From an uncultured virus (IMG/VR IMGVR_UViG_3300032093_000024) (Duplodnaviria > Heunggongvirae > Uroviricota > Caudoviricetes), in IMG/VR virus record IMGVR_UViG_3300032093_000024: a stretch of DNA of 64,000 nt; one strand, written 5' to 3'. This document shows positions 17,036-28,000 of the stretch, piece by piece (position 1 is the stretch's first letter; every line of letters begins with the position of its first letter). Position numbers and translations under genes: made by a program. Below the pieces are notes generated by a model. That model worked only from the letters and a program-made list of their open reading frames with translations, was not told where the DNA came from and did not search any database.

Positions 17036-19420
17036 TTATTGAAGTGCAAAATCGTTTCTAGTTCCTCTACCTACAACTTTTGCTACACCCGCCGTAACTC
17101 TATCACCGTCCATATAAACAACTATCTTTCCCGCTTGCATATCTGCTCTTACACCTCTAAATTCTTGAATTAGTGCTCCTATCATATTATTACTATTTGA
17201 AGATATTACTGATTGAGTCTGACCACCTGTATTATTAATTGTAGATAATGCTTTTACTGCACCAGGTGCAGCTACAACATCATCATTTTTTGATAAATTA
17301 AGTAAAGCTCCTTCTTTTGTAGAAATTTGAGTTTTACCACTAGCAGGTGACATCACATCTCCAGCTGCTTGGCCCTTTGCTTTACCCATTTGTGACATAA
17401 AACCCGCAACTGCGGCTATAGCGAGAGGAACACCAAAAGGCCCCAACCACGCTAATCCAGCAAATATAGCACTTATCGCTGAGCCTACCATTGAGATTAA
17501 TAAAGGAGAAAGAACAACTAGCATTGCAATCGCTCCAGCTTTACCTTCTTTTAACCCTTGAATAAACATCTGAATACCTGCTACTGCCCATTCTAATGGT
17601 TTAAATAACATTTCCATTACAGGTACTAAAGATGTCATAAGTGGCATCAATGTACCACCTAATTGAGCTATTATACCTTTAAAGGAATCTTCCATTTTGG
17701 TAAGTTGTCCATTTATTTCCTGTTGCTTTGAAAATTCTTCAACTTTTTGTTTTAATTGGTCTTCATTTAAATTACTTATATCTAATCCTTTAGCAATGGC
17801 ATCTTCTGCTGCTTTTTTATCAGTTTCATTTAAATTAGCCAATTGTTCTCTCATTGCCAATTGTTTGCTAATTTGTTCAACTGTCATATTTGTAGCATCT
17901 GCTAATGCTCTTTTGGAAAACACATCCATTTTAGTAAAATCTCCGGCTTGCTCAATAGCATCTAATGATGCTTTTTGTGCTCCTAGTATATCACCTTCAT
18001 AAGCCAGTGCTCTTGCTCTACTTAAATTGAATTGACCACCAACCATAGTTGCCGCAACCAATTCTTTTTCTATACCATTTTCAAAATCAAGAAGACCTTC
18101 AGCAGTTTTTTCAACTTCTTGTAGATTAGTACCCAATCTTTTAGCCTCTGCAGCCTGTTTTATTAATAGTGAAACATCTCCTTTAAAATATTTTGCTGTT
18201 ATGCCCGCACTTTTAGCTATGTCCTCCATCATTTCTTTTGGAGATACTTTCAATTGTTTAGCTAAATTTATAGCTTGCATTTGAACATTTGCGGCAGTTT
18301 GTTGTGATAACCCACCAATTTGTTCAAAAATACCTTGTACCTCTGCACCAGTTTGGGCCGAAACACCAAAGTTGGATTTCATTAAAGTAATTGCACTTAA
18401 TGTTTGTTCCGAGTGTGCTACAACATCACTAAATGTATTTGCTAAAGCGTTGGCAGTATCATAAACATCTTTCAGTTCTACACCCACTTTTCTATAATAC
18501 ATTTCTATGTGGTGTGCCTGATGTCCTAATTCTTCGGTTTGAGAAACAGTCATACCCGTTTCTTTTCTATAATCTTCCGCTGCTTTATCTAATTCTGAAA
18601 ATGCATGATATGCCGCCATTAACGCACCGGCTAAAAGAAATGTACCCGCTAATTTGAGTGACATTGATTTAGCAACTGAACCCATTTCTTTAACAAACCC
18701 TAATGCAGATTGTACCGATTCTGGTAAAATATGTGCCATCTTATGTTGTTGCTCGTGTATTTTTTTTATTCTTTCTTCTGCAGCTAACAATTTTTCTTTT
18801 GCTTTAAAACTTGCTTCTGCTGCGGCTTTATCTTTACCTGTCAATCCAGCTGTATCTCTTTGAAATTTTTGCTTTCTTTTTTCTGCTTCACTTATACCAT
18901 GTGCGTGTTTTTTTGCCTCAATCATTGATTCAGCAGCACCCTCTTGTTGATTTCTTATGTTAGTTAGGACATCTATTCTCTTTTGTAATTGAGAATATTC
19001 TTCATCTGAAGCATTTATTTGTTCTTTTTTTAATTCTAAAATTCTTCCAGTTATAGTTGAAAATGCGTTACTCTCATTTGTAGATTTTTGTAAAGTTGTT
19101 TGAACATCTTTACCCAATCTACCAAAAGATTTTTGAAAATCTTCTTGCGTATCATTATAATCTCCTTGTCTTTTTAATGCTTTTTCCCAAACATCTGTAT
19201 ATTCTTTTGATTTCTTTTCGGAATCAGATATTACTTTTAATTCCTCTTTTAAATTCTTTATATGTTCTTTATCCTGCTCATTTCTTTTTTTAAGACGCTT
19301 GATTTCATCTTGTCCTGCCAACGCCATACGTTTATTACGTTCTTCTATTCGTTGTTGGACTTCGTTCTGTTCGTCTAACAGCTGCTTCTTTTTGGATTCA
19401 TCGGATAAATTTTCTGCCAT
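17036..19420 (-). CDS. Tail tape measure protein
   Basis: 794 aa, Ala/Lys/Glu/Gln-rich coiled-coil character, hydrophobic Gly/Ala segments near C-terminus; canonical position after tube and chaperone. Confidence 0.8.
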   Translation of the reverse strand: MAENLSDESKKKQLLDEQNEVQQRIEERNKRMALAGQDEIKRLKKRNEQDKEHIKNLKEELKVISDSEKKSKEYTDVWEKALKRQGDYNDTQEDFQKSFGRLGKDVQTTLQKSTNESNAFSTITGRILELKKEQINASDEEYSQLQKRIDVLTNIRNQQEGAAESMIEAKKHAHGISEAEKRKQKFQRDTAGLTGKDKAAAEASFKAKEKLLAAEERIKKIHEQQHKMAHILPESVQSALGFVKEMGSVAKSMSLKLAGTFLLAGALMAAYHAFSELDKAAEDYRKETGMTVSQTEELGHQAHHIEMYYRKVGVELKDVYDTANALANTFSDVVAHSEQTLSAITLMKSNFGVSAQTGAEVQGIFEQIGGLSQQTAANVQMQAINLAKQLKVSPKEMMEDIAKSAGITAKYFKGDVSLLIKQAAEAKRLGTNLQEVEKTAEGLLDFENGIEKELVAATMVGGQFNLSRARALAYEGDILGAQKASLDAIEQAGDFTKMDVFSKRALADATNMTVEQISKQLAMREQLANLNETDKKAAEDAIAKGLDISNLNEDQLKQKVEEFSKQQEINGQLTKMEDSFKGIIAQLGGTLMPLMTSLVPVMEMLFKPLEWAVAGIQMFIQGLKEGKAGAIAMLVVLSPLLISMVGSAISAIFAGLAWLGPFGVPLAIAAVAGFMSQMGKAKGQAAGDVMSPASGKTQISTKEGALLNLSKNDDVVAAPGAVKALSTINNTGGQTQSVISSNSNNMIGALIQEFRGVRADMQAGKIVVYMDGDRVTAGVAKVVGRGTRNDFALQ

Positions 19421-19429
19421 ATTTTATAA

Positions 19430-19666
19430 TTACTTACTTAAAAATCCAGCTTTTTTCAAGTAATCGTAAATGTCTGGATTTTCTTTTTTTATACGATTTA
19501 ATTGAACAATTGTATCTGAATTTATTTTTTCATAATCTTTCATTATTTTTTTCAATTCAGGATCATCATCAATCACCTTTTGAATTGGTTTAGGTGCAGG
19601 TTTTTTTCCTGTAATAAAATCCCAAAATTTTTGAAAATTTCCTTCTGATATTTTATATCTTTTCAT
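19430..19666 (-). CDS. Hypothetical protein (78 aa)
   Basis: ORF preceded by TATTTATA motif at 19687-19694; 9 nt before tape measure start. Confidence 0.7.
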   Translation of the reverse strand: MKRYKISEGNFQKFWDFITGKKPAPKPIQKVIDDDPELKKIMKDYEKINSDTIVQLNRIKKENPDIYDYLKKAGFLSK

Positions 19667-19700
19667 AATGAGTATAATTTAACACTTATAAATATCCTAT

Positions 19701-19737
19701 AAAAGAAAAAAGTTAGGATTATCTTTTAATCCTAACT
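19701..19737 (-). terminator. Intrinsic terminator
   Basis: Perfect 11-bp stem agttaggatta / taatcctaact, 5-nt loop, followed on minus strand by TTTTTCTTTT. Confidence 0.8.
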
Positions 19738-19934
19738 CTTGAAGGTTGTTTTTGTGTTTGTGCGTTTTTCACACTTTCATTCTCTTTTTTCTTTGCATCT
19801 GCTAACTTATTATAATAAAAGTTTCGTAGATACGTTGGCATATTATATATTTCCATTACCGTAAATCCTTGTCCATAGTACACCATATCAAAGATTTGTG
19901 TATGGAGATTTATGCTATGATTACTCGGAAGGCC
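19719..19934 (-). CDS. Frameshift extension of tail assembly chaperone (gpGT/T4 gp51-like), absent from ORF track
   Basis: Open +1 frame GLPSNHSINLHTQIFDMVYYGQGFTVMEIYNMPTYLRNFYYNKL..RIKR* (71 aa) entered at a T7 run; EIYNMPxxLR pattern typical of gpT-type extensions. Confidence 0.7.
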   Translation of the reverse strand, partial: GLPSNHSINLHTQIFDMVYYGQGFTVMEIYNMPTYLRNFYYNKLADAKKKENESVKNAQTQKQPSRVRIKR

Positions 19935-20676
19935 AAAAAAAGTTTACGCCTAATGCAATAGGCGCCTCCTCCACCTCTCCATTTTCATGAGTATAAGTAA
20001 ATTTCATATCCATATCCGGAGAAATTGCTTTAACATAATCTCTAAATGCTTTACTATCTCTAGCTAACATATTATTAATATATTTAGTGATATGTCCAAT
20101 ATCAGAATTTCCGTCTACTGATTTTATCATATATCTCAAACGAGTGGTAATATCACTCTTTATATCTTTATTAAGTTTTTCTAATGCCGTAATATCCTTC
20201 TCTACAGCCTTTTCATCACCGTGTGTCAATAGTTTGAATATAAGTTTATTTTTACCAGCTGGTGTTATAAACTCAAATTCGTTTTTACTATTATAAATTG
20301 AAGTATCAACATTTTTTGTTTTTATTTGGGAAAGGTCACATCTTGCTTTCAAAACTTCATTTTTTACCGAAGAAAAAAAAGAAAAATCATAATCTGGACC
20401 ATAACCCAACATACGCGTTGCTAATAATATTGCGTTTTTATCTCCTATTAGTATTTCATCAGGATTAATATTATCAACTAAAATAGATTCAAATAATTTA
20501 TCTAAAACTATACCCTTTCTAATTAGATTACCTGAAGCTAAAATATCTTCTTCTTTAGCTGTCATTAATTTTATTGTAATTCTACCAGATGAAAGTGGAT
20601 TATCTTTTGGATAAAGTTTACCTTCAGATGGTAAATCTAACACTTCCGTTGGAAAATCAAATTGTTTTTCTTGCAT
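19921..20676 (-). CDS. Tail assembly chaperone / T4 gp26-like hub assembly protein
   Basis: 251 aa; LPSEGKLY, MTAKEEDIL, GDKNAILLATRMLGYG, C-terminal NFFWP; between tube and tape measure. Confidence 0.75.
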   Translation of the reverse strand: MQEKQFDFPTEVLDLPSEGKLYPKDNPLSSGRITIKLMTAKEEDILASGNLIRKGIVLDKLFESILVDNINPDEILIGDKNAILLATRMLGYGPDYDFSFFSSVKNEVLKARCDLSQIKTKNVDTSIYNSKNEFEFITPAGKNKLIFKLLTHGDEKAVEKDITALEKLNKDIKSDITTRLRYMIKSVDGNSDIGHITKYINNMLARDSKAFRDYVKAISPDMDMKFTYTHENGEVEEAPIALGVNFFWPSE

Positions 20677-20731
20677 AACGTTATATTTTGTTTTGTATAT
20701 ATAAATACATTATTCTAAAAAAATTAGAAAT

Positions 20732-20760
20732 AAAAAAGGGATACCTTTTGAGTATCCCTT
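20732..20760 (-). terminator. Intrinsic terminator after tail tube gene
   Basis: Stem aagggatac / gtatccctt with U run on minus strand. Confidence 0.75.
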
Positions 20761-20781
20761 ATTTTTATCTTTTTTCTTAAA

Positions 20782-21279
20782 TTAAAATTCAAGAACTGCG
20801 TAATCGTAAGTAAGTGTTAAAGTGATATTAACTGGCTCATTTTCAGAGTTGTATGCTAAATCACCAAAGTTTGCCTGAGATATAAATGCTCCCTTTAACT
20901 TCCACTGCTCAATCTTATCACCAACAGGTCCTAACAAATAGAAATCAATATCTTTCTTATACATTTCTGCATATCCATCTCTACCGGTAATAGATTCATG
21001 TGATAAACGAACCCACTCCATTACCGCTTGTGCTCCAGATGGAACAATAGGGTCATAAAGAGTGATTTCCAAATCTTGCCATTCACCTTTACCTTTAAGC
21101 TTTCTATATACGTTGATATGGTCAAGCTTCACAGTTTGGAACTGAATTGTTGGTCTATTTGCTGCACTCACTAAAAATGAAGGGATTGATAAATCGCTAA
21201 ACTCCATAATGTAGCGATTCTTCATTTTAGGTTCGAAGTTCGTATAGAACATCTTATCAAAGGATAGTATATCTGCCAT
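20782..21279 (-). CDS. Tail tube protein (T4 gp19-like)
   Basis: 165 aa; EPKMKNRY, GKGEWQDLEITLYDPI, YKKDI..LGPVGDKIEQWKLKGAF..ITLTLTYDYA; directly after sheath. Confidence 0.9.
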   Translation of the reverse strand: MADILSFDKMFYTNFEPKMKNRYIMEFSDLSIPSFLVSAANRPTIQFQTVKLDHINVYRKLKGKGEWQDLEITLYDPIVPSGAQAVMEWVRLSHESITGRDGYAEMYKKDIDFYLLGPVGDKIEQWKLKGAFISQANFGDLAYNSENEPVNITLTLTYDYAVLEF

Positions 21280-21333
21280 TTTTAATTACCTTTTATTTTA
21301 TATTAATAAATATCTATTTTGTTTGTTTTCGTA

Positions 21334-23694
21334 TTATGCTGAGAAACTTGCTCCAGTTGGTAAGATGTTGAAATCAATTACTATGAATTCCGCAGTCTTA
21401 GCAGGTTGTAAGAAAATTTGTCCAGCCATAATATTTCTATCAATTACATCCGGTGTGTTATTGGTTTCATCCATAACTACTTTGAATGCGTACAAACCTT
21501 GTCTTTGTTGAATAGTTTCCAAGTAAGGATTTACAGTGTTTAAGAATCTTCCTCTAGTTTCAGAAGTGTTTTGTTCAAACACTAAATAACGAGATGTAGA
21601 TGCGATAAACTTCTTAACTGCAATCAATAATCTTCTTACGTTGATTCTATCCAATGCAGATGCTTTATCTTGCAAAGTTTTCTGTCCGAATGCTACAATA
21701 CCTTGTCCAGGGAATGTTGCAATTGGGTTTACTTTGTTTTCATAAAGTGTATCTCTTTCAGCGTGTGTTAATCTATTCAATACACTCACAGCTCCTACGA
21801 TACCACCTCTATTCAAACCAGCTGGTGCGAACCACTCAGCCGCTAATCTATCGTTACTTGCATAAACTGCTGGTAACAATGTAGAAGGTGGAACAGTTGT
21901 AAGTTTGTTTGTGTTTGTATCAATTGTTTTTACCCAAGGGTAGTAAGTTGCTACATAGTTTGAATCAACAGCATTTGCTTGCTCAGTTGCTTGAGTTATT
22001 GTATCCGCGTAATCGTTGAAATCAGCGATATAGAATGCATCTTGTCTAGCTTCAACCATATCAATCACTTTAGTCACAATTGAAGGATGTAATTGTCTTA
22101 CAATACCAGGAGTTGCTACTAAATTGATATCCCATTCGTCAGGATTTGATACGGCGTTAATTGCTTTTGTATATGCAACTGAACCAGATGAGGTTGATGT
22201 TGCACAATTAAATCCTTGTGTATTAGATGGTCCCCATACTGGATTGTTATTGTAATCGTTTACACCAGGTTTACCAATTCTCAATACAGGATTTGTACCA
22301 TCAAAACCATCTTGGAAAGCCAAAACAAATTGTCTTTTCACCATATCAGTTGCTGCAGAACCAGTCATTTGATAACTCAATCCTACACCACTAATATTAC
22401 CATCAAATGCAAATGCGGTATTTGAACCCGTTTGTGCACCGATTGGAAGTGGTTTTAAATATTGTTTATTATCCAAAGATACTCCACTAGTTTCATAATC
22501 AAAACCAGAGAAATATACTGGAGATGATGAAGTATTGCCAATTGAATTTGTTTGGAAAGTTACTTTTTGAACTTTTAATGCCTGTGCGTTATCAGTTGCC
22601 TTAATTGGATTTGTATAAGCTCCATGTCCAAATGGTGCTGCTGAAATTGGGAATGAACCCGCATCAGCTACAACCACTCTTACATATTGTGATTTATTGG
22701 AGTAATCACCATTTTCGGTAATTTTACCATTATTATCAATCGTCAACCATCTGTCACCAATTCTTCTTGCGATATAGTTTGGAGAAGCAGGGTCTAAATT
22801 TACTCCATTGTAAGTTTCCAATACACTCTTTCTCTTATCAGTATCACCATATCCTCTAATTGTTACAGTAAATGTAGAATAATCGGTTGAACCATCTTCA
22901 CCTGCTGCTTTTACATTAGAAATACCAATTTTAAATTTAGTATTATAAAGTGTACCTTGTCCTAAAGTTACAAATTTAAAGAGGTCATATCTTTCACCAC
23001 TAATCAATTGAGATTGTACATATGGAGTTTCTGCAGATTGTGCATCGTATGCAAAATCTTGTGTTGGAAGTGCAACTGCACTAACAACCGTACCACCCCA
23101 TAAACCTGCTGCTGCATTTGAATAAGATGCAGATGCTAAATGTTCAAAGTATGTATATCCAAAAGCTTTTTTACTTCCTAATGGAGATTCACCAAATACG
23201 TCTGAAATATCATTTGTATCTCTTGGAAGAATAGATGCAGAAACCCAACCAAAATCAGAACCAGAAAGTAAGAACGAACCAGAGTATGCTGCTCTTGGGT
23301 CAGATATTAATTGTACTGCTTTTTCAACATCTTGATTACCTCTTTCAGTTGTATGTAATGTTGCAATTAATTTTTCGCCAACTAATCCACCAGATGCAAA
23401 AATACCAATTGGAGCAGCTTCTTGGTAACCACCAACTCCACCTACTCTTACAATTGTTACAATGCCGGTTTCTCTTAAATAATTTTGTACTGCATATTCA
23501 GTATAATAAGTTCCATCAGGAGTTCCGAAGATTGCTTCAAACTCTGATTGTGTTCTTACGATAGTAGGAACGAAAACAGGTCCTTGTTTGAAAGGTCCTA
23601 TGATTGCTGCTCCAATTTCGCCTATTCCTTGCGATAAGAAGGATAGGTCATTTTCTCTCGTAAATACGCCTGGTGATACGATTCTTTCTGCCAT
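21334..23694 (-). CDS. Tail sheath protein (T4 gp18-like)
   Basis: 786 aa; VSPGVFTRENDLS, YYPWV, WFAPAGLNRG, RDTLYENKVNPIATFPGQG, ALDRINVRRLL, FEQN, IFLQPAKTAEFIVIDF. Confidence 0.95.
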   Translation of the reverse strand: MAERIVSPGVFTRENDLSFLSQGIGEIGAAIIGPFKQGPVFVPTIVRTQSEFEAIFGTPDGTYYTEYAVQNYLRETGIVTIVRVGGVGGYQEAAPIGIFASGGLVGEKLIATLHTTERGNQDVEKAVQLISDPRAAYSGSFLLSGSDFGWVSASILPRDTNDISDVFGESPLGSKKAFGYTYFEHLASASYSNAAAGLWGGTVVSAVALPTQDFAYDAQSAETPYVQSQLISGERYDLFKFVTLGQGTLYNTKFKIGISNVKAAGEDGSTDYSTFTVTIRGYGDTDKRKSVLETYNGVNLDPASPNYIARRIGDRWLTIDNNGKITENGDYSNKSQYVRVVVADAGSFPISAAPFGHGAYTNPIKATDNAQALKVQKVTFQTNSIGNTSSSPVYFSGFDYETSGVSLDNKQYLKPLPIGAQTGSNTAFAFDGNISGVGLSYQMTGSAATDMVKRQFVLAFQDGFDGTNPVLRIGKPGVNDYNNNPVWGPSNTQGFNCATSTSSGSVAYTKAINAVSNPDEWDINLVATPGIVRQLHPSIVTKVIDMVEARQDAFYIADFNDYADTITQATEQANAVDSNYVATYYPWVKTIDTNTNKLTTVPPSTLLPAVYASNDRLAAEWFAPAGLNRGGIVGAVSVLNRLTHAERDTLYENKVNPIATFPGQGIVAFGQKTLQDKASALDRINVRRLLIAVKKFIASTSRYLVFEQNTSETRGRFLNTVNPYLETIQQRQGLYAFKVVMDETNNTPDVIDRNIMAGQIFLQPAKTAEFIVIDFNILPTGASFSA

Positions 23695-23826
23695 TTTATT
23701 TCTCCAATTAGGTTTTTAATTGTAATTTGTATTCAATCCAAAAATACAGATATAAATATAAAGAAAATATCCAAAACACAATATAATGCTTTGGATACTA
23801 TCTATATAAAAAGGTTTTTATTCAAA

Positions 23827-24216
23827 TTAGATTGGTACTGAACCAGAAATTGAACCAGAAGATGGTGACCAAGGCAAATCAAATGTATCTACATTTTTGA
23901 TTACACCTTTCTTATTATTGATATCTTTTTGAATTCTATCAGAAATATGGTCCCAATAACCTGTTTGTGTTGAACTACTTACGTGATGTTTTATCCATCC
24001 TAAAACTTGTTCTTCGGTAAGTTGTGAATATTCTGTAAAGTTATCTGGATCTACTGAATCTAATTTAAAAGGTGTTGCACCGATAAATGTTCCAGTAGTA
24101 TTATCAGAATCATCAGTACCTACACATTCCCATCTAGTACCGATTATCACATCAGTAAGACCATTACCACTTGTTTTTGAAAGAGCTTTTACAGCCCAAG
24201 TATAATTTATAGCCAT
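23827..24216 (-). CDS. Small tail-fibre-associated protein
   Basis: 129 aa; NYTW.., FTEYSQLTEEQVLGWIK, LPW; downstream of S74 fibre. Confidence 0.6.
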   Translation of the reverse strand: MAINYTWAVKALSKTSGNGLTDVIIGTRWECVGTDDSDNTTGTFIGATPFKLDSVDPDNFTEYSQLTEEQVLGWIKHHVSSSTQTGYWDHISDRIQKDINNKKGVIKNVDTFDLPWSPSSGSISGSVPI

Positions 24217-24253
24217 TGTTTCCTATTTTTATAATAAATATTTGTTTTTAAAA

Positions 24254-24541
24254 TTAACCATTTTCTTGTCCCGTAACAACAAAGTTAAAATCACTACACA
24301 TTCTTTCTGCTAAATAAAAATTACTACCACTCCATGCATTTAATACATTTTGTGGTACTTTCCATTCACCAGTTGATACTGTTGTATCTGGTATTGCAAC
24401 CGATTCTCTATTTGGGTCTCTATATCTCAATTCATATCTTAAAATACAATCATCATCATTTAAATCATATCTTAAAATGTTTGTAAATACAGTATTAACT
24501 TTTTTACCAAATAAATTTTTTTCTTCAATAAAAGTTATCAT
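24254..24541 (-). CDS. Hypothetical protein
   Basis: 95-aa ORF in tightly packed operon. Confidence 0.65.
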   Translation of the reverse strand: MITFIEEKNLFGKKVNTVFTNILRYDLNDDDCILRYELRYRDPNRESVAIPDTTVSTGEWKVPQNVLNAWSGSNFYLAERMCSDFNFVVTGQENG

Positions 24542-24556
24542 CTTCTTTTTAATTTT

Positions 24557-24982
24557 TTATACGTCCTGCAAAACAGTTGCTGATTGAATTACATTTCTTT
24601 CTATTAAATCCGCAGCTATTTTTTGTTTTAAAAGTGGATATGCTTTTGAAAATATATCACCACCTTCCAAAACACTAAAATCTGGAACTTTCTTTTCGTA
24701 AACTCTACCATCAATAACTTCTTGCTCAGTTCTATTCATAGGTAATGAGTGCCAATGTGGAATCGCATCTACCTTTGCAAGAAATCTTTCTTGAATAGGT
24801 GCTCCCATACGATTAGAAATGTTTGTTTCTAATAATCTTGCAGTTTCTTCGTTTTTAAATACGTTCACATACAATTCTAATGCACCTTTGTTTCTATCTA
24901 CCACATATCGGTAGATTCTAACATAAGCTTCATCAGTTATACCTTGCGATGTTCCAATGTTTGCTGCTATTTTAATTGCCAT
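24557..24982 (-). CDS. Hypothetical protein, fibre-associated
   Basis: 141-aa ORF; AAGGAG and TATTTATA upstream. Confidence 0.7.
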   Translation of the reverse strand: MAIKIAANIGTSQGITDEAYVRIYRYVVDRNKGALELYVNVFKNEETARLLETNISNRMGAPIQERFLAKVDAIPHWHSLPMNRTEQEVIDGRVYEKKVPDFSVLEGGDIFSKAYPLLKQKIAADLIERNVIQSATVLQDV

Positions 24983-25018
24983 AGTTATTCTCCTTTAATA
25001 TATATAAATATATAGTTG

Positions 25019-28000
25019 TTATCCCAAACCTAATTTTTCTTCTAACATTTTTACTTTAGCTTTCAATTCTTCAATTTGAGCCTGTTGTTCTTTCATAGCG
25101 TTTACCAATAATGCCGGCATTGCTCTATCTCTTATTGCTAAATATCCAGCTTCATCTGCTCTTACTAATAATGGTTCTATATCTTCAACCTCTTGCGCAA
25201 TGAAACCAATATCATGTCTTAAACCGGTTGTTTCGTACTCATCAGTTCCCTCCTTCCAATCAAATTCAACACCTCTTAATTTAAGAACTTTTTCTAAAGC
25301 ATTTTCGTAGAATTTAACATTATCTTTTAATCTTCTATCCGAAGGTGAACCATACGCAATAATGTTGTTTGATGCAATAATTACACCGTCATATCTTAAG
25401 TTAATATTTGCACCACCACCTCTATTACCAGAGAAGATTCTCAATCCATAAGATGCACGAAGTGATAAATATCCGTCATTTACGTCTGCCAAATCACCAT
25501 CATCGGATACCCACATACCACCACCACCATAGTTATCAAAGTTTGCACGAACTACATATGGAGTACCAATAGTATCATCATTCAAATAGTATCTCTGCCA
25601 TCTAGATGACCATCCACCCCATCTTACAACGTTATCGCCATCCAAACCTAAATTCAATGCGTAGTAACCACCTTTGTGGAAACTCATAAATGCACCATTA
25701 TTGCCGGTTGAGTACGGCTGACACATTGCCGAATCGGTTTGTGTTGCGTAGTATCCTCTATTATAAGTAAAGTAAACTCTTGAATAGTGGTTATAATCAT
25801 AAGTTGGAATACAATATTCACCTCTATTATTTGAGTCAACCTGTGCTTTCCATCCACTATTGTTTGGCCAAGAGTTTCTGAACCACAATCTATCCACAGG
25901 TCCACCAACTAACTGCCATCCATATCCCGAATTATAACTCCAAGTATAGTGGTATGATTGAACACCCACCCAGTGAGATGTACCAGGAGGTTGGTTAGCA
26001 GGGTTTGACCAAGTATCAATATCACCACTACCCCAATCCATTACCCAGTTGAAGTCAGTTGTACCCCAACCCATATTACCTGTCCAATAATAAACATCAC
26101 CAGTGTAATCTTGTGGTCTTCTCCAGTTTGACCTACCGGTTAATGATATATTACCTTTACCTCTATTTTCTAATCCTAACCATTGAGAACGAGAGTTAGG
26201 GTCCATATAGTATCCGGTATCACCTCTATCATAGAAAATATATGCTCTCATATCGTTTGCCCATGTCACACGATATAATTCCATATGAGCATTACCATAT
26301 TCAATACGAATCTGCCAGTTACCAGATGAGTTCAACATACCAAAACCACTACCATCCCAATATCCAGCATATCCTCTTAAATCAGATTCGTAGTTATTGT
26401 ACATTACAATACCACCATATCCATATCCACCACCAGCTGATTTCCAATATCCGTTATTTGAATACCAGTGCATTCCTCTGTTTTGGTTATATAAACCATG
26501 TCCAGAAGTATTGTTTCTAAACCATCCATTTACATAAACTTCTTGGAATGTAGGTCCTGCATCAGTTCTTACGTTTTGGTTGATGTAGTTACTCATCCAA
26601 CCCATATATCTATTCCAATAGTTTCCATCTCTTGCAAACTGATGGGATTCTAAACCATCAGAACCATATCTCATAATGAAATAACCATTACCATAAATTT
26701 GGCCATACATATGTGATGAGTGCCATTGTAATTTATAGTGTTCACCAGTCCAACCACCAGGATCAGAATGTAACATATATCCAGGTCTAATATAGAGATT
26801 ATTAGTTGTGACCTGATTCATACTAGAACCACCATCTGGATTTATATAATATCCACTATTATTTGAATCATAGAAAATAGTTGCGTAGAAATCACCACCA
26901 CTTCCTAAATACATATTACCAACCCACCAGTTATACATTGCTACTCTGTATCCATTTAGATACATTTCATATACGTTATAATAGAAGTTTGAACGGTCAG
27001 TATAAATGTGAGCATGTGATGAGTTAGCCGGTCCAAATTCAATATATCCATAAGGAGTATTGTGTCTATAACCCCAACTACCACCAGCTAAATAGTATCC
27101 ACCATTTCCATAATCCATTGAAGATAAACGAGAACGTCCTGCTGGGTCAACAAAATATCCAGAGTTGTTTCTATCATACATTATTGGAGTTTGGATATTA
27201 CCTGGTACGTGGAATTCACCACCATAAAAATATCCACTACCTTCAATATTACCAGTACCGGCCGCAGATATATAATCGTTTACATTACCATATGTTGCTG
27301 TTGAATGGAATACGATTCTACCAGTTGCAGCAACTCTTAAACGGTCATGTATAGTTGAAGTATCAGGATCATTTCCCTTAAATAAAAGTAATTCTGATTC
27401 ATCACCGTTTCTCCAAATTCTTTCAATAAGAGCAGTGTGGTTATAAGAACCAGGATTATCACCTACAACACCATAAAAATATATACCATTTGAAGATGAT
27501 GAAATACCACTTAAATAGATACCGCTAAATCTAGAATCACCTGCTGGGTTGACGTAATATGTAGTATCATTTGCATCATAGTAAATACCCGCTCTCATTT
27601 GGTCTCTTACCCAAAGATGTCCATCAGGATGGAATTGTGCTACACCTGTCCATCCAGAAGTTAAGATACTGAATGATTTTGATGAACTCATATGAATACC
27701 AAAACCTTCTCTACCCCAATACCCTCTTGATGTTGAGTGTTTAATCAAACCTTCATCCCAACTACCAGCTCTTAACCAATAAATGTAAGGCCATTGGTCA
27801 GAGTTTGATGTATCATATCCATATCCATTCACATAAAAGTATCCAGATGTTAATGAATATATATTTGAGTTTCCATTAGGGTCTACATAGTATCCAGTGT
27901 TATTATAATCGTAGAAAATTGGTGAACGCATCTGATTGTATGCGTAGAAAATACCACTACTAAATTCTCCCCAGTTATTATATGCACCACCACCAAAATA

